A DNA stretch of 64,000 bases. It comes from a virus. Numbering within the stretch: position 1 is the stretch's first letter; the number at the start of each line of letters is the position of its first letter. Shown here one piece after another: positions 12,901 through 19,894 of the stretch. The notes beneath the pieces are model-generated. The model saw nothing but the letters and a program-made list of their open reading frames with translations. It made no database searches and was not told the DNA's origin. Location: positions 68,848 through 132,847 of the IMG/VR virus record IMGVR_UViG_3300045451_000008; one strand, written 5' to 3'. A program made the translations under genes and the position numbers.

Positions 12901-13253
12901 TGCCCTACGTCGTGGACCCCAAGCTCATGAAGCGCACGCGCATGTATGCGCTTCCCACTGACCTGTACGGCATCCTCTCGGCTCGAAAGGGCAAGTCGCT
13001 CTCCGGCGTCAAGGATGTGGTGGAGGAGTTCAATGGCAACTCCAAGAACGAGGTCATGCCTCCCAACGCTGTGTCGGTCCTCGACGGGATGATGGTGATT
13101 CTCTTCGACAACGCCGCGGAACGGAACGCCATGATTCAGCGCCTGAAGGAGCTGAGCATCGAGCAGATTCGCGGAGTGCCTGTCGAAGATAGACTCGTCA
13201 TGCGGGTGGATGCCCAGAAGGCAATCAAGAAGATCAAGGAGTCGGGCAACTGA
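3981..13253 (+). CDS. Giant (3090 aa) polyvalent putative virion protein: repeats, HipA/PI3K-like kinase domain and ART-like C-terminus
   Basis: Strong phage codon bias; sits in the head module; kinase motifs KYFFKP, E, DDTKGDN, IDKG; C-terminal LYH...SGGLFS...YT...NEV. Confidence 0.75.
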   Translation: MNLSPVELAQLQDLDIIELANKIRKVRTPEGAKKYGVPIGTVITKDMEDKLQGKSGSGAPASTIQSGANNFGSNSGSSATPKGAAPAPANSLNAQGQTKNSRPKVEKEQQQLKGQGGQPAGSSAAQQTAVADAVQANLTVTDSTISGPLKFSVGSAQYSAPSGSVLIKSKKGTGGGAYVRTPDGTIHAFNQEGEITLPDNLGDILSLKFTKNFKSDAKYAKAEFDNDDTETFPELAAGAVLQSDGQDMFTKGEDGFWTHKDIDISLTDEDLAPMFESGELTLKETPVGFNEAGKADFKNMSKDEFKDYLYSKKEGDKLYLNGTEVVFNGESWLSENGADFSEDEMVVFRSKVTEEPNTEEAGAPSATPEANKNTLKVGDLVSTPEEEKNLPVGAVMDVRLGGGKKKTPHTKTSEGKWTEPGGSAVETLGYNLSMGHVTVKSLPEDSNSSAPDPTTAVDLPAPGSPLAEETKVKSLDNIAGYPVGTKLQFTLPSVGGSEGFSDTYTKIGDNQWASADPTFKDTPVSDSSFKSAIDQGLLTEVSVPEAPDPDYTLTPQDLMEMKDGDGIDVGGEFYVKSNGVWLDSSGSDNDDEAFAEDLEEGNVEKINDVLAAEALEIALEAKAQFEENERQIKKQQQAEKKAAEEEYQTQAQLQANIEKQQAEAAAKKKADQEKAAADAAKAAAEAEVAAQAAKTAKYQQDLAKANAEQPKVGKILVTVEEMDSLSTGTKVKYTSIAGASTEYVHQSDGSWLSDSGTVAYTNSFYAAVNTDLVSISALPDTSPAPEPQKSGDDGTFLIGGKPYSAKEVKRLHAVLSMHHGPVSLGMKILPDSPFADKNAMDELKALALADFPKLGIKPGIVAYLKNIMDNQKSEKSVPTPSSDGDFQVNGKVFSSDDFQEALTSLEDHPGFQISYGLKAVPNNPFVDKDNQGALKQLAQDAFPNLKPKPAVVAYLKKQLGYQDEEESAQESEGASTGTSIYFGSRTPKSGVQGVDGGEFDQADVESAIAILQNYPGKLYKNELNKQGNPLGALDPNAIVGFHKDKLEGKAAYIKLLQTKLDKSKTKTPMVAPEVPDVNADWVDPNAPEENKNLVPPGGFKDLAVGSEVSLNFPASPEMDPQPYLKVSDNEWKNTLYNTVHSEDDLVVAQEYANGSEFSITKVGAPAAPEKIGTVDDPMSVEDVKNQGIGAQVQTVSKSGKTITFTKVSEVSWDGDNPDYLDMDSAAIEILAKKNQVQLIKPAEESSGEKSDEEKATDLKAELFAYPAGTKAKLNLLSETVTKQEDGSWKSDKGTTYPEGALENGWDGLGGEFISSPTPEPSQASKDTGKALELDGYPVGHKVFSQFGDITLTKESDDSWKHSDGTMLTSFQLAGLWDAYQFEHIGSDTASPNEKPLAEDINFWTSSIDYSSDWMELEGTIDELPVGTILKNELGSSMQKKSEFEWVFEGGTPTNIAHNSTTIAQDWEVDPWTVEKVGDGLYVEPLPKNNVTDFFASLQGLNTPNAATATPETPAAKKPTEFGEPMTADDFLTQPVGSVMQLADDSGFYTKAINGTWEDLDDGHVLTTANVATLVSNEGALLFEVGKPDVPDYAAAPGAVQSKQTGDPDTSPNINESGLTPGKYSTENGKAYMVVSANGSGVYVTSKGEVTAINAAKVKANHKAGMTTYGGVVENPPVPSSESTVEATKKKVVNDVIPSGTYYNGPSNDPKSTVYIVDGDAVKIYKNGAEPKVGKQSSIQSVFKKGQLLDQQGNSIFPKDYTGSVSLLGQETTIPALILAQKAIDNHTGSAFDSKLQYSIKQAGVFYEGQVDLETFKANIDSMLKDVDKSDPDTGAANLFEWDGLGNATFPESMVGVNKGYKISEYNAFIKQASLSIGGGNIIGQHTNAMSKTQKGQWINAFNNGDFKAMYQIEVAAAASKNLPHAAGYLHPGYEGSPSTNKVQWGAAVPGEIPAGVKVDKFKLPETLSWSNPNEIPKEVVDNYLVAAQMQNPEYLTLAERRQWATSHYNASIAYNPASPTNTVNKLSLQAQSLKASGAAPLTDSPKWTEIETMEKPKLYVNLFEQSKFPTEGWTATAAEQWYEDNKAELDDYVTNNSTAKEQGITTKSLSLNKYVTQQYVKMYFEDKESAAAAEALIPVYTKDPTQTVKGSTNPVHQYTDQFGNKYFFKPRADTKLDKYRSEVEHMGNEMSRALGFNASKSSLQTLNGQYGQLQSDAGGVGDLMNADYSKQSLTTLKDVAAEHILDWFLDNDDTKGDNVRVMANGHVVGIDKGRAFKSYGAWKGLSGDAAMNSNANTVYSQMYAAIKSGKISKADADEIYKATHARALKMQKFSDARLDALLDQGMANRTSYDVPYKLSDGTYASDSLDGLKMAVKDRRDRLAEDFDSMWSKIYQQAGYGDLPEPEVSPLGDVISGLGHEKLHTEVFEANTHGKSTLINSSSVVGGTVHLWVEKNKKADKLQVKGEMYVGDLKQQELLGFFSKHTEGLSDEKMQSGFNSDEFGEGIVNAAKTINHHALDQKYNMSTVNNFFGIEKNIDKDLDAWTPNLEANSTFMNEPAYKFPSGTLVPMVHVDQYKLMLDYYKPKAASVSAAYDSQGKVAIIEPYSPLSLPVKDMEEQYGKTDGSSLVKLSNNSFLYKDSANSSVSTVSEKEAMALMDNGADPGWSSVSAPKVVTPNLPYTVKLNEKTHEKVAAYDSRLNLKVEMEASVGQNGARGKEFEITLDTGEKIYWRNAGQTGTAMGQHGKLTFVMPDAGDSQSSQASMARIQNVLSDLGIDNEPADDTTARNIYWREMYGVMMNRKHKPNSPNERAQKAIQAKIAEIKSTERKFIEEFGRLVSPEEENEFWTKVYSDEWPKEVANLLQTEGYLPKYDHLNIQNSELESGKPYWDRFDVSDDEYEDAVLYHESSSTTETIIESGGLFSGEERVRQLGFIATPSGLYGSTSPLQDQSNGSSHVIYTRVRKVGTAVPSNVPYVVDPKLMKRTRMYALPTDLYGILSARKGKSLSGVKDVVEEFNGNSKNEVMPPNAVSVLDGMMVILFDNAAERNAMIQRLKELSIEQIRGVPVEDRLVMRVDAQKAIKKIKESGN

Positions 13254-13552
13254 TGAACGTCACTGAAAAGAAGATTTCAGACTTCTTCGGACCGGCTCTT
13301 CGAGTCCTCTCCGACCGGAGCAACCTGGACGCCATCGTCGTCTGGAAGCTCCGTGAGGATGAGGGGGAGGTCTTCCTGGACCTCTGGCCTCACCCCTCTC
13401 AGGTCATCTCGCTGGTCCTTCCCGACGACATCGAGGAGACCGAGGGTCGCTGGACCTTCTCGGCTGAGGGCACTCGCTGGCAGTTCCGGGCCTTCCCTGG
13501 CGCCAAGGAGTTCGCGCACGCGTTCAAGAAGGCGCAGCGCAACCGTGGCTAA
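13253..13552 (+). CDS. Hypothetical protein (99 aa)
   Basis: TGATG coupling to the giant gene. Confidence 0.7.
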   Translation: MNVTEKKISDFFGPALRVLSDRSNLDAIVVWKLREDEGEVFLDLWPHPSQVISLVLPDDIEETEGRWTFSAEGTRWQFRAFPGAKEFAHAFKKAQRNRG

Positions 13553-13844
13553 GTACCTTCTGCACCAGGCCCGCAGTGGCGAAGTCCTCGGTGTGTGGTT
13601 CGAGAACGATTCGGCCTACGTGCCCACCCTCCAGGGAGACCGTGCTCAGACCTACGGTCAGGCAGTCATGGACTCGCGGGGTCCGGCCACGGAGTGGGAC
13701 GACTACGCCGAGCAGCTCGCCAACAAGTCCCCGGCGCCGAACTACATGTGGGACCAGTTCAGCCACTACTCCACAGTCCTCTCAGAAGTTCTCGCTGGCG
13801 CACGACAGGCCACCGAGAAGCCTGAAACGGGAGAAGACGAATAG
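13545..13844 (+). CDS. Hypothetical protein (99 aa)
   Basis: GTG start overlapping the upstream gene; good codon bias; followed by a hairpin. Confidence 0.7.
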   Translation: MAKYLLHQARSGEVLGVWFENDSAYVPTLQGDRAQTYGQAVMDSRGPATEWDDYAEQLANKSPAPNYMWDQFSHYSTVLSEVLAGARQATEKPETGEDE

Positions 13845-13861
13845 CCGCCTATCGTCACCAT

Positions 13862-13898
13862 GAAGCCCGCCCCTCTATCCACTAGAGAGGCGGGCTTC
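13862..13898 (+). terminator. Stem-loop, probable terminator
   Basis: GAAGCCCGCC...GGCGGGCTTC inverted repeat just after the 13844 stop. Confidence 0.6.
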
Positions 13899-13915
13899 GC
13901 TCGTTAGAAAGTTGG

Positions 13916-13925
13916 TTGCTAGTAG
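13916..13925 (+). promoter_or_regulatory. Putative late promoter element TTGCTAGTA (copy 1)
   Basis: Same 9-mer at 21193 and 34679, each upstream of a structural or lysis gene. Confidence 0.5.
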
Positions 13926-13930
13926 TGAGT

Positions 13931-15001
13931 ATGAACGGCCTTGCGATTCTCCCGACTTCAGGGGAGAGCTTTGTGAAGCTGTCGCGCTCCAAGTCGGGCA
14001 CGACCTTCAAGAAGCACATCCTGACGAAGGGCGACCTCCTCTACCCCGACGTGGTCGGTGGCAAGGTCGTGATTGACGACGCGTTCTTCGCGCAGCTCAC
14101 GGCGAACTTCAACTCCAAGGTCTGCTCTCACGTGCAGATCCCGGTGGCTGGCGCGAACAATGAGCACACGGAAGACCCTGACCGGAATGTCGGTGAGGTC
14201 ATCGGGCTCTCTGTCGATGGCGACAAGATGTACGCCATTCTCGACGTCCGCGACGAGAAGGCTGCACCCAAGTTCGGCAAGACGTACCTCGGTGCTTCGG
14301 CCATGCTGCACCTCAACTACACCGATACTCGCGACGGGAAGAAGAAGGGTCCGACCCTCCTCCACGTCGCCGTAACCAACCGGCCCCACATCGTGGACCT
14401 GGAGGATTACGAACTGCTCGCGGCATCCGCTGGGGGCAAGGAACAGGCCGTTTTTCTGACTGCCGCTCGAAAGGAAACTTCCATGGACCTGGATGCCCTC
14501 ATCGCCGCCCTCAAGGACGAGCACGGGATCGACGTTCCCGCCCTCCAGCTCTCCGCCGCTGAGGCCGAGGGTGCCGTGAAGCTCTCCAACGGCCTCCGCG
14601 ACGCGCTGGTCAACAACGGCTTCGTCAAGCTCTCCGCCGACCAGGAGGTGGGCGCCGACGAGATCCTCGGTGCCGTCGCGGACCTCGCCACCAGCAAGGT
14701 CGAGCTGTCCAACCGTCTCGACGTGCTGGAGCGCACCTCGAAGGAGGACGCCGCCAAGGCGCACGTCGAGGACCTCGTCTCCAAGGGCTTCATCGCCCCG
14801 GTCCAGCGGGACGCCATGGTCGAGCTTCGCCTCTCCAACACGGACCTCTTCGACAAGCTCATCCCGGAGAAGCCCCTCGTCAAGCTCTCGGGCGGGGAGT
14901 CGGGCTTCAACTTCCCGGGTGAGACCCGCGACGAGGCGAACGACGCGGAGATCGCGCGGCTCTCGAACATGGCCAAGGACCTCGGCATCGTCATCGCCTG
15001 A
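13931..15001 (+). CDS. Capsid maturation protease / scaffolding protein (Mu gpI-like)
   Basis: Upstream of decoration and capsid genes; N-terminal H...YLGAS...LLHVAVTNRPHI motif; helical C-terminal half. Confidence 0.8.
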   Translation: MNGLAILPTSGESFVKLSRSKSGTTFKKHILTKGDLLYPDVVGGKVVIDDAFFAQLTANFNSKVCSHVQIPVAGANNEHTEDPDRNVGEVIGLSVDGDKMYAILDVRDEKAAPKFGKTYLGASAMLHLNYTDTRDGKKKGPTLLHVAVTNRPHIVDLEDYELLAASAGGKEQAVFLTAARKETSMDLDALIAALKDEHGIDVPALQLSAAEAEGAVKLSNGLRDALVNNGFVKLSADQEVGADEILGAVADLATSKVELSNRLDVLERTSKEDAAKAHVEDLVSKGFIAPVQRDAMVELRLSNTDLFDKLIPEKPLVKLSGGESGFNFPGETRDEANDAEIARLSNMAKDLGIVIA

Positions 15002-15049
15002 GCCTCGGCTTCCCAAGACAACATCAGCTAGGTAGAAGGAGACAGAGAA

Positions 15050-15466
15050 ATGGCCATCGAGTACCCCGGGAACGCGATTCCCAACGCAGGCTTCCGCACC
15101 GGCAACCGGGTGGTGGACGACGAGCTTCTCGTCTCGACCAACGGCGGCTTCACCCAGAAGGGTGTGACGCTCAAGGCCGGTCAGGGCATCCTGCCGCTGG
15201 GCACGATCCTGGCGCGCGAGACCGCCTCGAAGAAGTACGTCAAGTACGCCGCGACCGGTGGCGCCGCGGGTGCCAACGTCGCTCGTGGCATCCTCCGCTC
15301 CACGGTGGACACCGGCTCCGACGCCGCTGGCCAGGAGTACCTCAACAACATCGTCATCCGCGGCATCCTGAACCTCACCAAGGTCAAGACCGCGAACTCG
15401 GGCGTGGACCTCGCGACCATCCTCGGTGCTCGCACCGACGACGTGTGGAACACCTTCACGTTCTAG
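15050..15466 (+). CDS. Head decoration protein (lambda gpD-like)
   Basis: GVTLKAGQGILPLGTILA...ARGIL motif; just before the capsid gene; strong RBS. Confidence 0.8.
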   Translation: MAIEYPGNAIPNAGFRTGNRVVDDELLVSTNGGFTQKGVTLKAGQGILPLGTILARETASKKYVKYAATGGAAGANVARGILRSTVDTGSDAAGQEYLNNIVIRGILNLTKVKTANSGVDLATILGARTDDVWNTFTF

Positions 15467-15645
15467 TACGTCCCTCTACCTTGGGATGCTGAGGGTGCGG
15501 TTCTCGCTTAGAAGCAGTGAGAACCAATCCCTGGGTCGCTCAAGGCTCTTAGGTCAGCCAAGTGAATCCTCTCGAAGGATTGGTGCAGACCGGGCTCACA
15601 AGAGTCGCTGATTCCTAGCAGTAGGCAACGATAAGGAGAACTCCG

Positions 15646-16701
15646 GTGCCTGACATTCCCCTCCTCCAGCCCCTGGCATTCCGCTCGGTGGTCGAGAAGT
15701 TCACCGCCCCGGAGAGCCTGGAGATGCTGTCCCGCATCCCCAAGACTCCGTGGCCCTTCCCCACCATCCAGTGGGAGATCATCCGCGGTTCGCGTGCCAT
15801 CGCGCGCCCGAACGTGCCCAACAGCGAGGCGCACATCGTCCCGCGCCTCGGTCGCGAGACCGTGTCGGGTAGCTTCCTCTACCTGCGCGAGAAGAAGGTC
15901 TTCCAGCCGACGACCCTCTACTGGATCCGCCAGGCTGCCAGCAACGTGGGCGACCTGACCATCCAGAACCGCGCCGAGCAGATGATCCTGCGCGAGGTCA
16001 ACGACCTCAACGTCCGGTTCGACAACTTCGCGGAGTACTCCATCTGGCAGGCCCTCCAGGGGCGCCTCGTCGTGGACTCCGCGGACGTGCAGGTCGATGT
16101 GGACTACAAGTTCCTCAACTCGCACAAGCCGGTCACGGGTACCCCGTGGGCTCAGGCCACGCCGGAGCAGATCATCGGTGACGTGATCTCCTTCAAGCGC
16201 CTCATCCAGAAGGATGGCCGCGTCGCCGCGGTGGATGCCTACACCTCGGAGAAGGCCATCCAGGACATCTTCAACTCGTTCGCGTTCCGCTCGTCGGGCA
16301 CCGCGGGCTCCCTCCCCGCCGCGGGTCTCCTGTCGGACCGTGCCAAGGACGAGTACTACCGCTCCGGTACGCTCCCCGGCTTCATGGGCCTCAACTGGAA
16401 GCCGCAGGAGGCCGTCTACGACGCCACCGGCGCGGCCTACACGGCGAACCCGACCGACCCCAACCAGGAGGCCAAGTTCCTCCCGGAGAACAAGCTCATC
16501 CTCGCGAACCTGACGGACAACCGTCCGTTCGAGATGTTCGTCGGCCCGACCGCCGACACCGAGAACACCCAGGGCTCGACGGGCAAGTTCGCCAAGAACT
16601 GGGAGGAGAAGGACCCGTCCGGCCGGGTTTATCTCCTTGAGTGGAACTTCATCCCTGCCATCACGGCACCCGAGCAGATCGTCTCCGCGACCATCGGCTA
16701 G
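15646..16701 (+). CDS. Major capsid protein (lambda gpE-like)
   Basis: 351 aa; EYSIWQALQG, VDY, FLPENKLIL and KDPSGR motifs; RBS AAGGAG. Confidence 0.85.
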   Translation: MPDIPLLQPLAFRSVVEKFTAPESLEMLSRIPKTPWPFPTIQWEIIRGSRAIARPNVPNSEAHIVPRLGRETVSGSFLYLREKKVFQPTTLYWIRQAASNVGDLTIQNRAEQMILREVNDLNVRFDNFAEYSIWQALQGRLVVDSADVQVDVDYKFLNSHKPVTGTPWAQATPEQIIGDVISFKRLIQKDGRVAAVDAYTSEKAIQDIFNSFAFRSSGTAGSLPAAGLLSDRAKDEYYRSGTLPGFMGLNWKPQEAVYDATGAAYTANPTDPNQEAKFLPENKLILANLTDNRPFEMFVGPTADTENTQGSTGKFAKNWEEKDPSGRVYLLEWNFIPAITAPEQIVSATIG

Positions 16702-16717
16702 GTTCCACACCTCCACT

Positions 16718-16755
16718 GAAGAGGCCACGATTCGCAGTTGGATCGTGGCCTCTTC
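16718..16755 (+). terminator. Stem-loop after capsid gene, overlapping a downstream promoter
   Basis: GAAGAGGCCACGAT / ATCGTGGCCTCTTC 14-bp inverted repeat. Confidence 0.65.
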
Positions 16756-16767
16756 GGCGTAGTACAG
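16737..16767 (+). promoter_or_regulatory. Putative phage-sigma promoter GTTGG-N16-CGTAGTACAG
   Basis: Matches a motif repeated at 38773, 51335, 55164 and 60569; ATG lies 2 nt downstream. Confidence 0.6.
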
Positions 16768-16769
16768 GT

Positions 16770-17198
16770 ATGAAAACCTGCACCAAGTGTTTGATTCCCA
16801 AGGAACCCACCGAGTTCTACCCCACTACTGGCGGGCGCAGCAGAACGCTAAGGCTGATGGCCCAGTGCAAGGAATGCACCAAGGCTCTGACGTCAGCTAG
16901 GCAGAAGACCGAGCAAGGCAAGGTCAACGCTCGCCGCGCCAAGCTCCGCCACCTCTACAACATCTCTTTGGAGCAGTACGACGAGATGTTGGAAGCGCAG
17001 GGAGGGTGCTGCAAGCTCTGTGGAATCGACACTCCTGCCCCTCGACAGAACTTCTCGGTGGACCATGACCACACGTGCTGCCCGGGTGGAACTAGGAGCT
17101 GTGGCAAGTGCGTGCGAGGACTTCTCTGCCTTCGGTGCAACAACGCCCTGGGTTGGTTCGAGACGCACAAGAAGGCGGTCACGGAGTACACGCTGTAA
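16770..17198 (+). CDS. Endonuclease VII-type HNH endonuclease
   Basis: KTCTKC...CKEC N-terminus; VDHDH..C..G..CVRGLLC..CN..LG. Confidence 0.9.
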   Translation: MKTCTKCLIPKEPTEFYPTTGGRSRTLRLMAQCKECTKALTSARQKTEQGKVNARRAKLRHLYNISLEQYDEMLEAQGGCCKLCGIDTPAPRQNFSVDHDHTCCPGGTRSCGKCVRGLLCLRCNNALGWFETHKKAVTEYTL

Positions 17199-17251
17199 CC
17201 TAGACCTTGGCTTCATCTCTGGGTCACACAGGTACAAGATTGGAATGCACC

Positions 17252-17953
17252 ATGGCTGACGACTTCACTCAGGATCTCGATTCCCTCCTGGACAACTCCC
17301 CCGCTCCTGCCGCGCCGGTCAAGCGTGGCCCGGGGCGTCCGCCCAAGTCACGCGAGACCAACCCCACCGAGCCGGTTCCGGTCCCGACCATCGAGGCGGC
17401 TCAGGCGGAGGCGGACAAGCGCTACACGTCTCCCCCCACCACGCCGGACGGTCAGGTCGTGGAGGTCGAGGACCCGGAGGACGCTCGTCTGCGCCAGCTC
17501 CAGGAGGCTCTCTCGCTCGCTCCGGTGACCTCCCCCGCCGTCCGCCCCGTGCCGGTGGAGCAGCTCACCCCCAAGCAGCGTCAGATCCGGGAGATGGAGG
17601 ACCAGCTCGCCGCTCGGACCTCCAACGCTCTCGCCAGCGCCGAGCCGGTCTACGACACCGCGGACGGTGAGAACAAGATTCTCATCCACTTCCTCGCGGA
17701 CGGCTTCACCGCTCAGGGTCAGACCTGGCTCACCGGCCAGGAGATCGAGTTCGTCGTGGGCTCGGTGGCCTACGAGCAGACCAAGGACCGCTTCGGCAAC
17801 TCCTGGCTCGACGCCGCCGACGACGAGGGTGAGCAGTACCGCAAGTACGGCAAGGTCATGTTCCGCCGCGGCCCGTGGCGTGGCGCCCGCTACGACGACA
17901 TCATCGCGACCGAGGACCAGCGCCGCGGGCGCGCGGCTCCGGTCCTGCGCTAA
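17252..17953 (+). CDS. Hypothetical protein with AT-hook-like motif
   Basis: KRGPGRPPK; good codon bias; within the head-neck block. Confidence 0.7.
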   Translation: MADDFTQDLDSLLDNSPAPAAPVKRGPGRPPKSRETNPTEPVPVPTIEAAQAEADKRYTSPPTTPDGQVVEVEDPEDARLRQLQEALSLAPVTSPAVRPVPVEQLTPKQRQIREMEDQLAARTSNALASAEPVYDTADGENKILIHFLADGFTAQGQTWLTGQEIEFVVGSVAYEQTKDRFGNSWLDAADDEGEQYRKYGKVMFRRGPWRGARYDDIIATEDQRRGRAAPVLR

Positions 17954-17974
17954 CACCCAGAGGAGAGTGGCCTG

Positions 17975-18502
17975 ATGGCCGATTACCCCACCCTTGCCGC
18001 CAAGGATGTCGCTGACTACTCAGGCCGTGAAGCAGACACGTACCTGGACTTCATCGAGCAGGCGGTCAAGCAGGCCACTCTCCTCTTCAAGATCGGCACG
18101 TGCCTGAAGTCCTTCCCGGACGACCCCGGCCATGCCGAGCTGGCGACCTACGGCATCCTCGCCATGGCCGACGCCATCTACCTCGCACAGCCCTACCAGG
18201 CCGTGCTCTCGAACCCGTTCAACAACGAGACCATCGGCTCGTACTCCTACAGCAAGCTCACGTCGGCCATCTCGAACAGCCTCCCCACGGGGATCACGTT
18301 CTTCGACATGGCCCTCCAGCTCCTGGGTCAGTGCGACATCGAGGTCTCGGAGATCGAGTCGGGCGGCATCTACATCTTCAACGCGGGCAACGCCGTGCTC
18401 GGGACCAACCGGGTCGGCTACTCCGAGTACCTGACTCCGGTCGAGATCCAGAATCTTGTTTCGTGGTCCGGTCAGGATCCGGTGGAGGGCTACCGCGCAT
18501 GA
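17975..18502 (+). CDS. Head-to-tail adaptor
   Basis: Position; ETIGSYSYS motif. Confidence 0.7.
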   Translation: MADYPTLAAKDVADYSGREADTYLDFIEQAVKQATLLFKIGTCLKSFPDDPGHAELATYGILAMADAIYLAQPYQAVLSNPFNNETIGSYSYSKLTSAISNSLPTGITFFDMALQLLGQCDIEVSEIESGGIYIFNAGNAVLGTNRVGYSEYLTPVEIQNLVSWSGQDPVEGYRA

Positions 18503-18957
18503 TGCACCTCTTCGCCTCGAAGGTCCGTGCCGAGGAACTCGTCATTACTCCTCAGGAGGGCCGGGCGGAGTACTCCTGGAAGAAGGTCGGTCCGTCCTTC
18601 ATGTGCCGCATCGACCCCAACTTCATCCGCCCTGGCAAGGACGTGCAGGCCGTTGTGGAGGCAGGACGGGCGCCGGACCGGGTAGCGCTCATGTTCTGTG
18701 CTCAGACGGCTCCTGTGGGCGCTGGGCGCCGCATCGTGACCGAAGGCGGACCCATCCAGGGCGTCTTCGAGATCCGAGCCATCCCGGACATCGCTGTCGG
18801 CTACTCCACGGGCCACCACATCGAGGTCCAGCTCATCGAGACCAACCAGGAGCTGGACGGCTTCTTCCCCGCCGCTGACGGTCAGCCCTCTGCCGCGGTG
18901 CCCCAGAACGCTGACGACGACGGCGTGAGCCCCGAGGACCTCTACGGAGACGTCTAG
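18499..18957 (+). CDS. Head-to-tail stopper/closure protein
   Basis: ATGA overlap; C-terminal HHIEVQL motif; synteny. Confidence 0.65.
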   Translation: MMHLFASKVRAEELVITPQEGRAEYSWKKVGPSFMCRIDPNFIRPGKDVQAVVEAGRAPDRVALMFCAQTAPVGAGRRIVTEGGPIQGVFEIRAIPDIAVGYSTGHHIEVQLIETNQELDGFFPAADGQPSAAVPQNADDDGVSPEDLYGDV

Positions 18958-19319
18958 TGATCCGGGTCGAGTCCGACTGGTCAGAGGTGGACCGGGAGCT
19001 GGACCGAGTCGAGATGCTGCCAGGGCCTGGAGGCACCGCCAAGCTCGACGGTGTGCTCAAGATGCACGAGACTCTCGTCAAGCTCAGCGTGCACGTGGAC
19101 ACCGGCTCGCTCAAGGCCTCCGTCAAGAGCAAGTCCGAGACCTTCATCGACAAGTGGATCGGTGAGGTCGAGGCTGGTGGAGTTTCCACAGGTGTGAACA
19201 ACCCTGTGGACTACGCCATCTACGAGAAGCGCCGCGGAGGCGGTCACGACTTCTTCGGGAACCTTCACATGATGCAGAGCGTCATGGTCGATGCAATCAA
19301 GGAGATCCTGCACCCATGA
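18957..19319 (+). CDS. HK97 gp10-like neck/minor tail protein
   Basis: VDTGSLKAS and VDYAIYE motifs. Confidence 0.7.
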   Translation: MIRVESDWSEVDRELDRVEMLPGPGGTAKLDGVLKMHETLVKLSVHVDTGSLKASVKSKSETFIDKWIGEVEAGGVSTGVNNPVDYAIYEKRRGGGHDFFGNLHMMQSVMVDAIKEILHP

Positions 19320-19861
19320 CCGACATCCTCACGGCATGCCGCCGCATGATGCTCAGTGACCAGCCGCTCATGACTCTTCTGGGCACTGGTGCTCAGTCCG
19401 CTCAGAACACCACCTCGTGGGACCACTGGCTCTTCAACGACACCCCCAAGATCCGCATCGAGAACACCGAGCAGTCGATGATCGTCCTCACCAATGCGGG
19501 TGGCTGGGCTTCTCCCAATCAGCACAACACCATGCGATTCCCTCGCCTGTGCGTCGATGCCTGGTCGGACCCCACTCGCGCCATTGACGGCTCTCCCAAG
19601 CTCGATGACGCCAAGGACAAGATCGAGGCCATCTTCAACGAGGTCAATCGACTTCTGCATCGGACCAAGAATTCGATTCCCGATCCGGCCAATCCCGGTC
19701 AGTCCATGCCGCTGATGTGGGGAACTCCCGCAGAGCTTCTCGCACACACCGGACTTCGGCTCAGCGGGTCACAGGCTCTCGACTCGGAACCGGCACTCAG
19801 TCCTGTCTCGGGCGGCAATGGTGCTTGGATGGGTCGCAAGTACTTCGGCATCACGCTCTAA
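19316..19861 (+). CDS. Tail terminator-like protein
   Basis: Synteny; ATGA overlap. Confidence 0.55.
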   Translation: MTDILTACRRMMLSDQPLMTLLGTGAQSAQNTTSWDHWLFNDTPKIRIENTEQSMIVLTNAGGWASPNQHNTMRFPRLCVDAWSDPTRAIDGSPKLDDAKDKIEAIFNEVNRLLHRTKNSIPDPANPGQSMPLMWGTPAELLAHTGLRLSGSQALDSEPALSPVSGGNGAWMGRKYFGITL

Positions 19862-19894
19862 CTCAAGAACAAGAATTAGGAGGGCTCTGACCCC

